A DNA stretch of 64,000 bases, taken from positions 353,850-417,849 of the forward strand of contig CALODR010000009.1 in the NCBI GenBank assembly GCA_942492175.1, written 5' to 3'. The notes below the pieces were generated by a model, which was not told where the DNA came from, made no database searches, and saw only the letters and a program-made list of their open reading frames with translations. Origin of the DNA: an uncultured bacterium (GTDB lineage Bacteria > Acidobacteriota > Aminicenantia > UBA2199). A program made the position numbers and the translations under genes. Numbering within the stretch: the first letter of the stretch is position 1; the number at the start of each line of letters is the position of its first letter. This document shows, in pieces, positions 17,855 through 27,299 of the stretch.

Positions 17855-20641
17855 TCATTTTTTTATAAAAAACTTATAAAGGTTAAAATTTGCCCATATC
17901 ATGGGATGAGAAAATGACAACTTTCTTCCGTTTCCCAGTTCAATGATTCTTTTTCTGAAAGATATTTTAACATTCCTTAATATAGTAGCGAGGTCATCCG
18001 CCCGCCCTTTTTCATTCTTGAGCTCTGTATAGAAAGGGACAATGATTTCTGAACTAAACTCATTGACAGGCCATAAACTCGCTATCATCGATTCTGCTCC
18101 GGAATTATAAAGTGTTGCTGTAATACCGCTTATCAACTGTTCCCCCATGAGATGATTTTCCAGGCTTCCGCAGGTGCTTAAAAAGATCAGGTCGCAATTC
18201 AATCTCAGTCTGGAAATATCGGAAACAAAATATAATGGATCGTTTTCCTTCCGGGCGGAGAACAGAAACATTGAATACCATGGGTATTTCCTGTTACTAA
18301 CAAAATGTGTTGCCAGATGAATTATTCTTGAAACTGTTGCAGTTTTATTGAAATTTTCCTTTGTGAATTCTTTCCCGGTATAAAATCTCCCCCTCTTATC
18401 TCCCCAGATATTTTTTATTTTTCTGATCTCTTCCTTTGATGAAGGGAGTAGGGTGAAAATAGAGTTACCCTTTTCAGAAAAATCAGAAAGCCATTTGTTC
18501 TTAGGGTCTATTACGGGAAATCCGAAGGCACTTATATCATATTTTTTCCTTCCTTTTTTTTTGTTATTTTTAAGGTGGAAAATGGAGAACAGGTATTCGA
18601 TGGAATATCTGTCAATAAGGAATTGAGTGTTCTCATATTCAGAAAAGATCACATTTTTTATTCTATAACTTCTCTTTTTTTTTGTTATTAAAGCCTCAAA
18701 CGGGATCTTGAAAAGGGCATCGTCAGGAATAATTATGAGCTTTTCCTTATCTTTATGAAACTCCAGAACATCATGAAGAAGGATATTATACAATTCAGCT
18801 GATTTCTCCTGGTCATATTTGATCCGCAGGAAGTCCACTTCGTTATTTTCATATCTTTGAATTGGGGATAATAGGGATCCTATAAGATTTTTTATATATT
18901 TGCTCCCCTTTTCTAGTTTTTTATATCCGGCGGATTTGTGATCGATAACAAAAGCATACGTATTATCTTCGAGCACGATGAACCTAACCACAAGAGTATC
19001 CCTGTCAAGTATATTCCTGATTTTTGTCAGATCCAGTTCAGAGATCAGAAATCTTTTGTATCTTTTCGGGAACTCAAGAATAAGGTCTTCAAGCTCTATA
19101 AGTTCTGTTTTCAGTGAATCTACCATTTTTTTATAAGATATGATCCTGGATTCTTTAATATGTCCTTTTAAAATTTTCTCTTCAGCTGCCCTGACCTCAT
19201 TTTCGACTCTGGTTTTTTCTTTTTCTATACTTTGTATGCGGCGGTCCCCGTCAGATATTCTCCTGAACATATAAGGATTCTTAACCTCTCCTGAGTAAAA
19301 AGCCATTCTGAGATATTTCAGTTCATTTGTCTTATCAAACATTCTGAAGTTAAACCTTGCTATCCTTGAATAAATGAAGGTGATCTCCTCCCTGTATGGA
19401 TAATGTCTGAGGTGATTCAATTCAGAAAAAAAATAGTTAAGGCTCCTGAATGTTTTTTCATAATATTCACCTGCAACTTCCGGTTTCCCGATTTTTTCAT
19501 TCAGCATACCTCTGAGAAAATAGTAGAAAAAATATCCGCGGTAGAACGGAGTGTAAATCTTACTCATTTTATTCAGATAAGCCATCGCCTCTTCCGGGTT
19601 GTTATAATGAATAGCCCTTTTTATAAACTCGTAGAGAACCGGCATAAGGTGTTCGTAAGATTCATTGTTGATGCCGAAATCCGCAGTGTTCTTCAGAATA
19701 GTTAGTCCGCTGATATCCTGATCATTATAAAAAAATAATTTAGATCTCATAAAATAGGCATTTAGAATAAGTTCCGGGAAATTTTTTTTCTCTCCAATTG
19801 CGATGCTTCTTCTGTTGTATTGTTCAGCTTTGTTGTAATTCGCTTCAGACATGAAAACTTCTGTATAGATATTAAATATCCACATTTTCAGATGTTCATT
19901 CCTGAATTTTTCAGCATAATTCAGTGATCTTCCGAGAAATTTAAGAGCAAGCTTGTTTTTCCCCAGATGGAAAAAAGCTTTTGCTATCCTGTTATAAATA
20001 TACCCGCTGCTTGAAGCTTCCATTTTTTCTGAATATTTTATCGCTTCAAAAAAAAACTGCAGTGATCTCAGAAAATTGTTTTCATGAAGGTGATAATCTC
20101 CGAGGGTAATAAATAATTGCTTCAGTGAGTCATTGTCTTTATATTTCTTTCTTAATTCTGCCTGGTTCTCAAGATATAATATCTCCCTTTTGATGTCACC
20201 GTTTCTCCTGTGAAATTCATGCAGTTTTATAAGTGATTCGAGTCTATCCCTGTCATTTCCGGAGTTTGCCAGTGCTTTCTTTAGATAATTCTCATTGTTT
20301 TTATCTGATATTTTTGCCAATTGAAGGTATATATAGTAATAAACTTTTTTGAATTTTTTTTTTCTCAAAATCTTTTTAAAAAAATCAGATGTTTTCTGAA
20401 CGTTTTTCAATATTTTTGAATTCCGGCCTACCATAAGGAGTTTGTGTTTTAAAATTTCGACACTTTGATCAGGTTCGAATTCTGAGATTTCAACCATAAG
20501 TTTCTCCTGATCTACTTCTGTAAATTTTTTTGTACTTAATTGTGCAGGACAAATTAAAATCAAGGAAAACATGAAGAAGAGGAGAGGGGGAATATATCTC
20601 ATTTCATATAAAAGTTTAATTAATAAGAAAAAAAAATTCAA
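17855..20641 (-). CDS. secreted TPR-repeat / CHAT-domain (clan CD, caspase-like) peptidase
   Basis: N-terminal hydrophobic signal, TPR-like helical repeats (residues ~100-420), coiled coil, C-terminal CHAT with the His ('IIHLATHF') and Cys ('IFLSTCGSLE') dyad regions. Confidence 0.8.
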   Translation of the reverse strand: MNFFFLLIKLLYEMRYIPPLLFFMFSLILICPAQLSTKKFTEVDQEKLMVEISEFEPDQSVEILKHKLLMVGRNSKILKNVQKTSDFFKKILRKKKFKKVYYYIYLQLAKISDKNNENYLKKALANSGNDRDRLESLIKLHEFHRRNGDIKREILYLENQAELRKKYKDNDSLKQLFITLGDYHLHENNFLRSLQFFFEAIKYSEKMEASSSGYIYNRIAKAFFHLGKNKLALKFLGRSLNYAEKFRNEHLKMWIFNIYTEVFMSEANYNKAEQYNRRSIAIGEKKNFPELILNAYFMRSKLFFYNDQDISGLTILKNTADFGINNESYEHLMPVLYEFIKRAIHYNNPEEAMAYLNKMSKIYTPFYRGYFFYYFLRGMLNEKIGKPEVAGEYYEKTFRSLNYFFSELNHLRHYPYREEITFIYSRIARFNFRMFDKTNELKYLRMAFYSGEVKNPYMFRRISDGDRRIQSIEKEKTRVENEVRAAEEKILKGHIKESRIISYKKMVDSLKTELIELEDLILEFPKRYKRFLISELDLTKIRNILDRDTLVVRFIVLEDNTYAFVIDHKSAGYKKLEKGSKYIKNLIGSLLSPIQRYENNEVDFLRIKYDQEKSAELYNILLHDVLEFHKDKEKLIIIPDDALFKIPFEALITKKKRSYRIKNVIFSEYENTQFLIDRYSIEYLFSIFHLKNNKKKGRKKYDISAFGFPVIDPKNKWLSDFSEKGNSIFTLLPSSKEEIRKIKNIWGDKRGRFYTGKEFTKENFNKTATVSRIIHLATHFVSNRKYPWYSMFLFSARKENDPLYFVSDISRLRLNCDLIFLSTCGSLENHLMGEQLISGITATLYNSGAESMIASLWPVNEFSSEIIVPFYTELKNEKGRADDLATILRNVKISFRKRIIELGNGRKLSFSHPMIWANFNLYKFFIKK

Positions 20642-20701
20642 TTTATTGATAATAATTATCCTTTCCTTTAAAATTAAAGTGGTTTATTTAAAGGCCGGGA
20701 G

Positions 20702-21262
20702 ATGAAAGAGAGCCATACAATTATCAATCTACTCAAGTCAAATGACTTGCCAGCCGAAACCATGCTTGTCAAAAAATTTAATTCAAGACTATTTACATAC
20801 TTCCGCTCCAGGATAAAAGGTGAGGATAATTATGAGGATCTTGTCCAGGAGGTATTTGTATCGTTTTTTAATGCTGTCAAAAAAGATAAAATACACAGCG
20901 ATGATTTTATCGCTCCTTTTATATTCGGTATTGCCAAAAGAGTTGTATACAATTACTTTTATAAGAAAAAAAAAGGAGAAAATATAAAAAAGAAAGCGGA
21001 AAATGAACACAATCCCTTTGTTGATTTTTCCGGAGAGCAGAACCTTTGGAATGAGAGGATGATCAATATCATAAATGAACATATAAAAAATTTGAAAGAT
21101 ATTGACAGGGTAATCCTGAAAGAATTTTTTTTTAACGATAACACAATCAGCGAAATATCCGTATTAACAAACAGGTCGAAGCATTATGTTAGTGTGAGAA
21201 AAGAAAGAGCAATAAAAAAAATAAAAAGTGAGATATTGAATGCAGAAGGTGTATTTAAGTAA
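20702..21262 (+). CDS. ECF-type RNA polymerase sigma factor (sigma-70 family regions 2 and 4)
   Basis: 'DLVQEVFVSFF' region 2.x-like and C-terminal HTH 'ISEISVLTNRSKHYVSVRKERAIKKIK'; 186 aa. Confidence 0.8.
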   Translation: MKESHTIINLLKSNDLPAETMLVKKFNSRLFTYFRSRIKGEDNYEDLVQEVFVSFFNAVKKDKIHSDDFIAPFIFGIAKRVVYNYFYKKKKGENIKKKAENEHNPFVDFSGEQNLWNERMINIINEHIKNLKDIDRVILKEFFFNDNTISEISVLTNRSKHYVSVRKERAIKKIKSEILNAEGVFK

Positions 21263-21273
21263 TAGAGGAAAAG

Positions 21274-21963
21274 ATGAAGTGCAAAGAATTTGAGTCTCTC
21301 ATAGGAAATTATCTTGAAGGGACAATAGAGGACAATAAAAGGGAAATATTTGAAGAGCATTATTTTGTTTGCGATGAATGTTATGCTTCATTGGTTTTAA
21401 TTGAGAACCTTCGTGAAAAAAATGTTAGGATAGTACCGGGAAAGCAAAGAAATTACTCGTTCACCTTCAGGCCGGCACTATTCTTCGCTTCATTGATCCT
21501 GGTAGTATTTACATCTCTCTTTGTTACAGATTTTAACAACAGAAAAGAAAAATTATTGGATATCTCGGATTTTTCTGCCCCCCTTTACGTGAAAGGAGAG
21601 AACAGAGGTGATGATTTTTCGGATATGTTCCATGAAGCTATGGATAATTATCAGAATAGTAACTATAAAAAAGCTTATATCATAATAGCATCTATAGAAA
21701 ACGGGAATCCGAAGACATGGTTTTTCAGGGGAATTCTTGCATTGCTTAACGGAAAAAATAAGGATGCACTCATACATTTTGATAAAATAATAGTTGAAAT
21801 GTCTCCATCTTACTATGACGAAGCCATATACTATCGGGGGATCTGCTACTTGAGACTGAACCGGAAACATGATGCAGTAAAGCAATTTAAAATGCTTGAG
21901 TCTATGTTCAGCCCTCTCCGTCAGAAAGCTGCTGAAATGGTAAAAAGAATCTTAAGCGTCTGA
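21274..21963 (+). CDS. anti-sigma factor (zf-HC2 type) with single TM and C-terminal TPR-like domain
   Basis: N-terminal 'CKEF...EEHYFVCDECY' putative zinc finger; TM 'PALFFASLILVVFTSLFV'; starts 12 nt downstream of the ECF sigma gene. Confidence 0.65.
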   Translation: MKCKEFESLIGNYLEGTIEDNKREIFEEHYFVCDECYASLVLIENLREKNVRIVPGKQRNYSFTFRPALFFASLILVVFTSLFVTDFNNRKEKLLDISDFSAPLYVKGENRGDDFSDMFHEAMDNYQNSNYKKAYIIIASIENGNPKTWFFRGILALLNGKNKDALIHFDKIIVEMSPSYYDEAIYYRGICYLRLNRKHDAVKQFKMLESMFSPLRQKAAEMVKRILSV

Positions 21964-22007
21964 AAACCATAATTGTAGTATTATAAACTCTATCTTATAA
22001 TCAGGTT

Positions 22008-22619
22008 ATGGGTCACAAAAAAAAAGAAAAAGACAATAAGATTCATATTCTCACCATTTATATATTCTTAATTATATTTACATTTATACCTGAATCTGTT
22101 TTATCAAAAAATTCCGGTTTTCTTCTAAACAAAAAGAGGTCATATATCAAAGTTAAAGCAAGTGTTTCTTCACTATATAGTTTTAAAGCGGTACTTGAAT
22201 CATTTGATACAGATATCCGATATGATGAGAAGTCTGATATTGTTCATAGAGCATATCTCCAGTTTGATTTTATTTCACTAAAAACCGGTATAAAAAAAAG
22301 AGATAAAAAAATGCTTAAATGGATTGAGTACGACCGTTTCCCTAAAGGTAGCTTTATAATGGTATCAGATTCAAAAAATGAAGGGGAACGACACCTAAAA
22401 GGGAATTTAAGGATACATGGAGTTGTAAGAGAAGTGAGTATTCCATATACATTATATAAGGATGGGGAAGAACTGGTAGTTAACGGGAGTTATACTTTTG
22501 ATTACAGAATATTTTCTCTCAAGCTCATTAGATTCCTTTTCCTCAAGGTCAAACCTGAATTAGAAATAAGCTTTCATTTTGAAGGCGAGTTGTTGCAGGA
22601 AAATCAAATTCCCGATTAA
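22008..22619 (+). CDS. YceI-like periplasmic protein (hypothetical)
   Basis: N-terminal TM/signal; size and the pattern 'LESFDTDIRYDEKSD...FDFISLKTGIKKRDKKM...' resemble the YceI family. Confidence 0.45.
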   Translation: MGHKKKEKDNKIHILTIYIFLIIFTFIPESVLSKNSGFLLNKKRSYIKVKASVSSLYSFKAVLESFDTDIRYDEKSDIVHRAYLQFDFISLKTGIKKRDKKMLKWIEYDRFPKGSFIMVSDSKNEGERHLKGNLRIHGVVREVSIPYTLYKDGEELVVNGSYTFDYRIFSLKLIRFLFLKVKPELEISFHFEGELLQENQIPD

Positions 22620-22674
22620 ACACATACTGTTTATACAGGAGTTATAAGTATATAATTGTTTTTCCGGAGGAGAC

Positions 22675-23937
22675 ATGGAGAAAGAATGCAAAATAGAAGT
22701 AGGGTCGGAGATCGGCAGGCTCGGAGGAGTGATACTGCATACACCCGGTAGAGAAGTTGAAAATATGACTCCCGGGAATGTTGAAAGGGCTCTTTACAGT
22801 GACATTCTGAATCTTTCGGTTGTATCAAAAGAGTATTCTCAAATGCGGGATGTTCTGAATAGTATTACAACCACATATCAGATAAGAGAACTTCTGGAAG
22901 AGGTTCTGCTTAACTCAAAGGTCAAGGAAACCCTTGTTGATAAAGTTTGTGATAACGAGAGTGTAAATGATATTAGAGATAAACTTTTGGAAATGGGAAG
23001 TGTTGAACTTGCTACATCTCTTATCGAAGGGATGGAAAAGAGGGCTGATTCCCTTACGAAATTTTTAAGTAAAGCCAGGTATTCACTTAAACCTCTACAT
23101 AATTTCTTCTTTGTAAGAGATTCCTCAGTATCCATTGGAAATTCGGTCCTGATCGGAAGAATGAAAAATAAAGTAAGGGGGAGAGAATCTCTGATAATGG
23201 AAACCCTTTTCGATTTTCATCCTATTTTTAAAACAAAAACGATGAATCCTTTAAGCAGTCCGAAGTTTTCTGAATGTTTATCTGTTGAGGGTGGTGATGT
23301 ACTTATTATAAGAGATGACATTCTGCTTATCGGAATAGGTGCCAGGACCTCTCCTCAGGGAGTTGACTATATTATAGAGAAGATGAATGAGCAGAAAAAA
23401 AAGATGGATATAATTGTCCAGGAGCTTCCTTTGGAACCGGAGTCATTCATTCATCTTGATATGGTGTTTACAATTCTAGATACAGATAAATGCATGGTCT
23501 ATGAACCAGCAGTCCTCAGTCCGAACAAGTATCAGACGGTAAGGATAAGTCTTGATAATGGTAAGGTGGTTTCAATTTCTGAAGAGAAAAATATACTGGA
23601 AATATTGGCAAAACTGGGACTCGATCTGGAACCGGTCTATTGCGGTGGCAGGAAGGACAGCTGGATTCAGGAGAGAGAACAATGGCACAGCGGAGCAAAC
23701 TTTTTTGCACTCGGAGAAGGGAAAGTGATAGGCTACGGAAGGAATAGTTACACAATAGATGAGATGAATTCCAAGGGTTTTGAAGTGTTGAAAGCTACTG
23801 ATATTATTAAAAACAAAATAAATGTTGAAGATTACAAAAAATATGTTATCACGATTGCCGGAGGTGAACTGTCACGGGGTGGAGGGGGATGCAGGTGTAT
23901 GACAATGCCTCTAAACCGGAGTTCAGTTAACTGGTAA
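22675..23937 (+). CDS. arcA: arginine deiminase
   Basis: N-terminal 'EVGSEIGRLGGVILHTPGREVENMTP' and C-terminal catalytic 'GGGGCRCMTMPL' motif; 420 aa. Confidence 0.8.
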   Translation: MEKECKIEVGSEIGRLGGVILHTPGREVENMTPGNVERALYSDILNLSVVSKEYSQMRDVLNSITTTYQIRELLEEVLLNSKVKETLVDKVCDNESVNDIRDKLLEMGSVELATSLIEGMEKRADSLTKFLSKARYSLKPLHNFFFVRDSSVSIGNSVLIGRMKNKVRGRESLIMETLFDFHPIFKTKTMNPLSSPKFSECLSVEGGDVLIIRDDILLIGIGARTSPQGVDYIIEKMNEQKKKMDIIVQELPLEPESFIHLDMVFTILDTDKCMVYEPAVLSPNKYQTVRISLDNGKVVSISEEKNILEILAKLGLDLEPVYCGGRKDSWIQEREQWHSGANFFALGEGKVIGYGRNSYTIDEMNSKGFEVLKATDIIKNKINVEDYKKYVITIAGGELSRGGGGCRCMTMPLNRSSVNW

Positions 23938-23944
23938 TCACAGT

Positions 23945-26377
23945 TTAATTGCTTTCACGGATTAAATTATCAAGACGCTTTTGCTGTGCAGGTCTCATGT
24001 TATTGTAGAATCTTTTTTTACATCTGTTGAACAGTTCAAAAGCTTTCTCTCTGTTGCCGGATCTGAGGTATACAATACCGAGATTAAAATAGACTTCAAT
24101 TTGGCCCGGGTCAATCTTCAGGGCTTTCTCTAAGTCTTTAATGGCTTCTCCTGTGTTTTTCAAAAATATTTGAATTGTACCTCTTCCTGAAAATGACTCT
24201 GCTAAAAGAGGATTTATGGAGATAGCTTTAGTGAAACTATCGTAGGCTTCGGTGAGCAGGGAGGGTTCCCTCTTCTGCATGAATATCATGAGCTTTGATA
24301 TTCCTAACTTGTTTAATGCATCGCTGTTTCTGGGGTCTTTTTTAAGTGCCTCGGTGAAATATTTAAGAGATTCTCCCTGTCTTCCGGTTTTAGACAGTAT
24401 GGTTCCATATGAGATATAAGGCTGTGGTTCATCCGGATGGAGCGAGATAAGTTGTTTCATTAATTCCAATCCCTTTTCCGGTGAGCCGGTATTGAGAAGC
24501 TGCATTGATATATCTGATAGAAATTCTATGTTGTCTTTATTGCTCCTGAATTGAATATCTCCAGACAATTTTTCAAGTATCTCTACTGCTTCTGTTTTGC
24601 GACCCATTTTTCTCAAGACCCGGGCTATACTCCTTTTTATTCCGAAATTCATAGGTTCTATAACTTCCGCTTTTCGGTATTCCTTTAGTGCACTCACATA
24701 ATCTTTTTTCATATTATAAATTTTCCCAAGCATTATTATTGCCTGGGTGCTGTTCTTGTATTTTTTCAATATGTTTCTACTTACTCTCTCTGCATCGCTT
24801 AATCGTCCTGATACAAAATAGGAGGTTGCCAGAAGGTCTGAGAAAGCAATGCTGTCGGGGAAATCTCTGACAGCCATCTCACGATATTTCAACAGATTTT
24901 TTTCATCTTCTTTGCTTCTGTAAAGGGCATCAAAAATTTCATAAACATGGATTGTGTCAATTCTGTTTTTTGAATAAAATATTTTTTTTAGATTCCTTTC
25001 TGCGGTAGACAACTTCCCCTCTGATACATCCGTTCTTATTGACCTTAATTTATTCAGATAGTCGACTCCGGTTTTAGGATCTATTTGTTTATCAGATCTT
25101 TTAAATGAGGATATATAGCCGAGTGATGCGAGATGGTCTCGGTCCTGCTTGCTCATTTCCCTTTTATTTGAAGAGGTGATGCCTGAGCTGCCGATATAAA
25201 AATCACTCAGTTTTCTGTCAAGATCTTTGGCGATATCCCTGTTCGAATTGAATATATTTGTCGATTCGCCGGGATCTGATTTAAGATTGTAAAGCTCCGG
25301 TTTTGGGAGTGATATATATTTGAATTCACGGCTGATGATTCCGGTAAGAGGGGCCCAGCCCATATGTTCATATGCATAGAGACTCTCAAAATAGAGGTCT
25401 CTCTGATCTCTATTTCCTCCTTTTGCAGAAGAGAGGAGGATAGAGCCTTTTTCCGTACCTGATCGATTTTCTGACATATCGGATATTGCCTGATAAATAT
25501 CAGTAAGTTTAACCCTGCTTTGGACCCGTTTCCCCGGCTTGATCCCCGGACAGTTCCAGATTATCAGAGGTACTCTTAATGTAACATCATAGCAGAATAT
25601 TCCGTGGCTGAACTCCCCGTGTTCCCCTTTATCCTCCCCGTGATCACCGACAATTACTATGATGGTGTTTTTCAGCAGCTTTCTCTGTTTCAGTAAATCT
25701 ACAATCTTACCAATGTATTGGTCCATATAAGCAATTTCGCCGAGGTAGGGGTCTTTCTCAAATTTAATTCTATATTCTCCCGGGGGGGAGTACGGTGTGT
25801 GTGGGTCATAAAAATGGACCCATCCGAAAAACTTTCTTTTCCCGGCCCTGTTCAGAAGAATTTTGAATTTATTAAAAACATTCTCTGCGGGAATTTGAGA
25901 AGATTGGGTTACATTAGCTTCACCGACATTAAGGGAGTCATCATAAATATCAAAACCTCTGGCAAGTCCGAATTTGGAAGCCAGAACGTAGGAGGATATA
26001 ACTGCAAAAGTGAAAAAGTTTTTTTCCTTTAAAAGTTCAGCAATGGTTTTGTGTTGATTTCCGAGGGAATACCATCCATTATTTCTGACCTTTAATACAA
26101 AGGGGTGTTTTCCCGTGAGGATGGATGAGTGTGCGGGGAGTGTCAGCGGGATATTTGAATAACAATTTTCAAAAACAACTCCTCCATCTCCCAATTTGTT
26201 AATATTGGGAGTGAAATTCAGGTTGCTGTTGTAACATCCCAAATGATCTGCTCTGGTAGTATCGAGTGTTATCAGGAGGATGTTCTTTTGTGCATTCTCT
26301 GACGGATGGGAGAATGATGGGATCATTATCAGAATAATTAATATAAAAAATAGTGATTTTTTTGCTATAAGTGCCAT
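23945..26377 (-). CDS. sulfatase-like (alkaline phosphatase superfamily) domain fused to C-terminal TPR repeats; secreted
   Basis: 'LLITLDTTRADHLGCYN' metal-binding motif, 'NIPLTLPAHSSILTG' (no CxPxR formylglycine motif), then ~8 TPR repeats; signal peptide. Confidence 0.75.
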   Translation of the reverse strand: MALIAKKSLFFILIILIMIPSFSHPSENAQKNILLITLDTTRADHLGCYNSNLNFTPNINKLGDGGVVFENCYSNIPLTLPAHSSILTGKHPFVLKVRNNGWYSLGNQHKTIAELLKEKNFFTFAVISSYVLASKFGLARGFDIYDDSLNVGEANVTQSSQIPAENVFNKFKILLNRAGKRKFFGWVHFYDPHTPYSPPGEYRIKFEKDPYLGEIAYMDQYIGKIVDLLKQRKLLKNTIIVIVGDHGEDKGEHGEFSHGIFCYDVTLRVPLIIWNCPGIKPGKRVQSRVKLTDIYQAISDMSENRSGTEKGSILLSSAKGGNRDQRDLYFESLYAYEHMGWAPLTGIISREFKYISLPKPELYNLKSDPGESTNIFNSNRDIAKDLDRKLSDFYIGSSGITSSNKREMSKQDRDHLASLGYISSFKRSDKQIDPKTGVDYLNKLRSIRTDVSEGKLSTAERNLKKIFYSKNRIDTIHVYEIFDALYRSKEDEKNLLKYREMAVRDFPDSIAFSDLLATSYFVSGRLSDAERVSRNILKKYKNSTQAIIMLGKIYNMKKDYVSALKEYRKAEVIEPMNFGIKRSIARVLRKMGRKTEAVEILEKLSGDIQFRSNKDNIEFLSDISMQLLNTGSPEKGLELMKQLISLHPDEPQPYISYGTILSKTGRQGESLKYFTEALKKDPRNSDALNKLGISKLMIFMQKREPSLLTEAYDSFTKAISINPLLAESFSGRGTIQIFLKNTGEAIKDLEKALKIDPGQIEVYFNLGIVYLRSGNREKAFELFNRCKKRFYNNMRPAQQKRLDNLIRESN

Positions 26378-26441
26378 ACTCTATTTTAACACAGGTAAGT
26401 CATGAAAAATAAACTGAGGTGCAGTTGATTGTCTCTGCGTT

Positions 26442-27299
26442 TCAGATCCGGAGGTCGAAAACACCGTTCTTAGTAATAATTTTTTTATTATATTCCCCAC
26501 TATCTATTACAAGATCATTGGTGACGATCGATTCAGATATAAGCACATTGCCTTTGATCTTTGTTCCTGTCCAGATAATAGAGTTCAGGACTTCAGCCCC
26601 TTCTCCGATTGAAGTTCCGGGTGAAAGTGAGTTTCCATAAGGGATCCCATTAAGTTCTCTATATCTCCTTTCTGATATAAAATAATTTTCCGGAGTACCA
26701 AGATCTGACCAGTGTCCTTTATATTCAACTATTCCGATACGGCCCCGTGAAGTTTCAAGTGAGTCAAAAAGATTCTCCTCCTTCAGCTTGTACAGGAATT
26801 CGTTCTTGAATATAGAAACTCCTGCATACATAAGATTAGATGCTACCGGGTCCTTATCCCGCTTTTTGAAAGTATCCCCCTCTCTGATTATCGAGGAATA
26901 GACTCCGTCTTTCTTTCTAACCACAATAATGCCGTCAATATTTTCAGTGTTAATTTTTTTTTCAAGTATATTTACCGGTATGTCCAGGAAAGTGTCGCCA
27001 TTTATTACCAGCAGGTTATTACTGGTTCTGTTTCTGCATCCGGCAAGTATCCTGTTTCCCGACAATTTCTTTTCCTTTATATATTGAATTTCAGGTTCTG
27101 AAAAAGTGAGGCCGGTTATTGATGAGGCAAGATGATGAACATTTACAAACCCTTTGTTAAGGCCTGATTTTTTCATTTGATCAATAATAATGCTCAACAG
27201 AGGTTTCCCGTTCAGAGGGAACAGTGGTTTCGGAAGGTGAAAAGTCAGGGGTTCCGCCCTTTTACCATACCCTCCGGCAAGAATAAAAAAGTCTGTCAA
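26442..27299 (-). CDS. sugar-phosphate nucleotidyltransferase (NTP_transferase family) with C-terminal left-handed beta-helix
   Basis: 'ILAGGYGKRAEPLTFHLPKPLFPLNGKPLL' G-x-G-x-R signature motif. Confidence 0.7.
   Translation of the reverse strand: MTDFFILAGGYGKRAEPLTFHLPKPLFPLNGKPLLSIIIDQMKKSGLNKGFVNVHHLASSITGLTFSEPEIQYIKEKKLSGNRILAGCRNRTSNNLLVINGDTFLDIPVNILEKKINTENIDGIIVVRKKDGVYSSIIREGDTFKKRDKDPVASNLMYAGVSIFKNEFLYKLKEENLFDSLETSRGRIGIVEYKGHWSDLGTPENYFISERRYRELNGIPYGNSLSPGTSIGEGAEVLNSIIWTGTKIKGNVLISESIVTNDLVIDSGEYNKKIITKNGVFDLRI

Noticed and set aside
17855-20641. TPR-CHAT could be a Csx29/Craspase component of a type III-E CRISPR system
   Set aside because: There is no cas7-11/gRAMP, csx30/31, cas1/2 or repeat array anywhere in the window. 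The protein has an N-terminal secretion-type hydrophobic signal and sits in a surface-protein operon.
20789-21144. ORFs 20789-21082 and 20959-21144 antisense to the ECF sigma gene as a possible antitoxin or small protein
   Set aside because: They are low-complexity F/I/K-rich translations of the AT-rich antisense strand fully inside the sigma-factor gene, and they have no start context.
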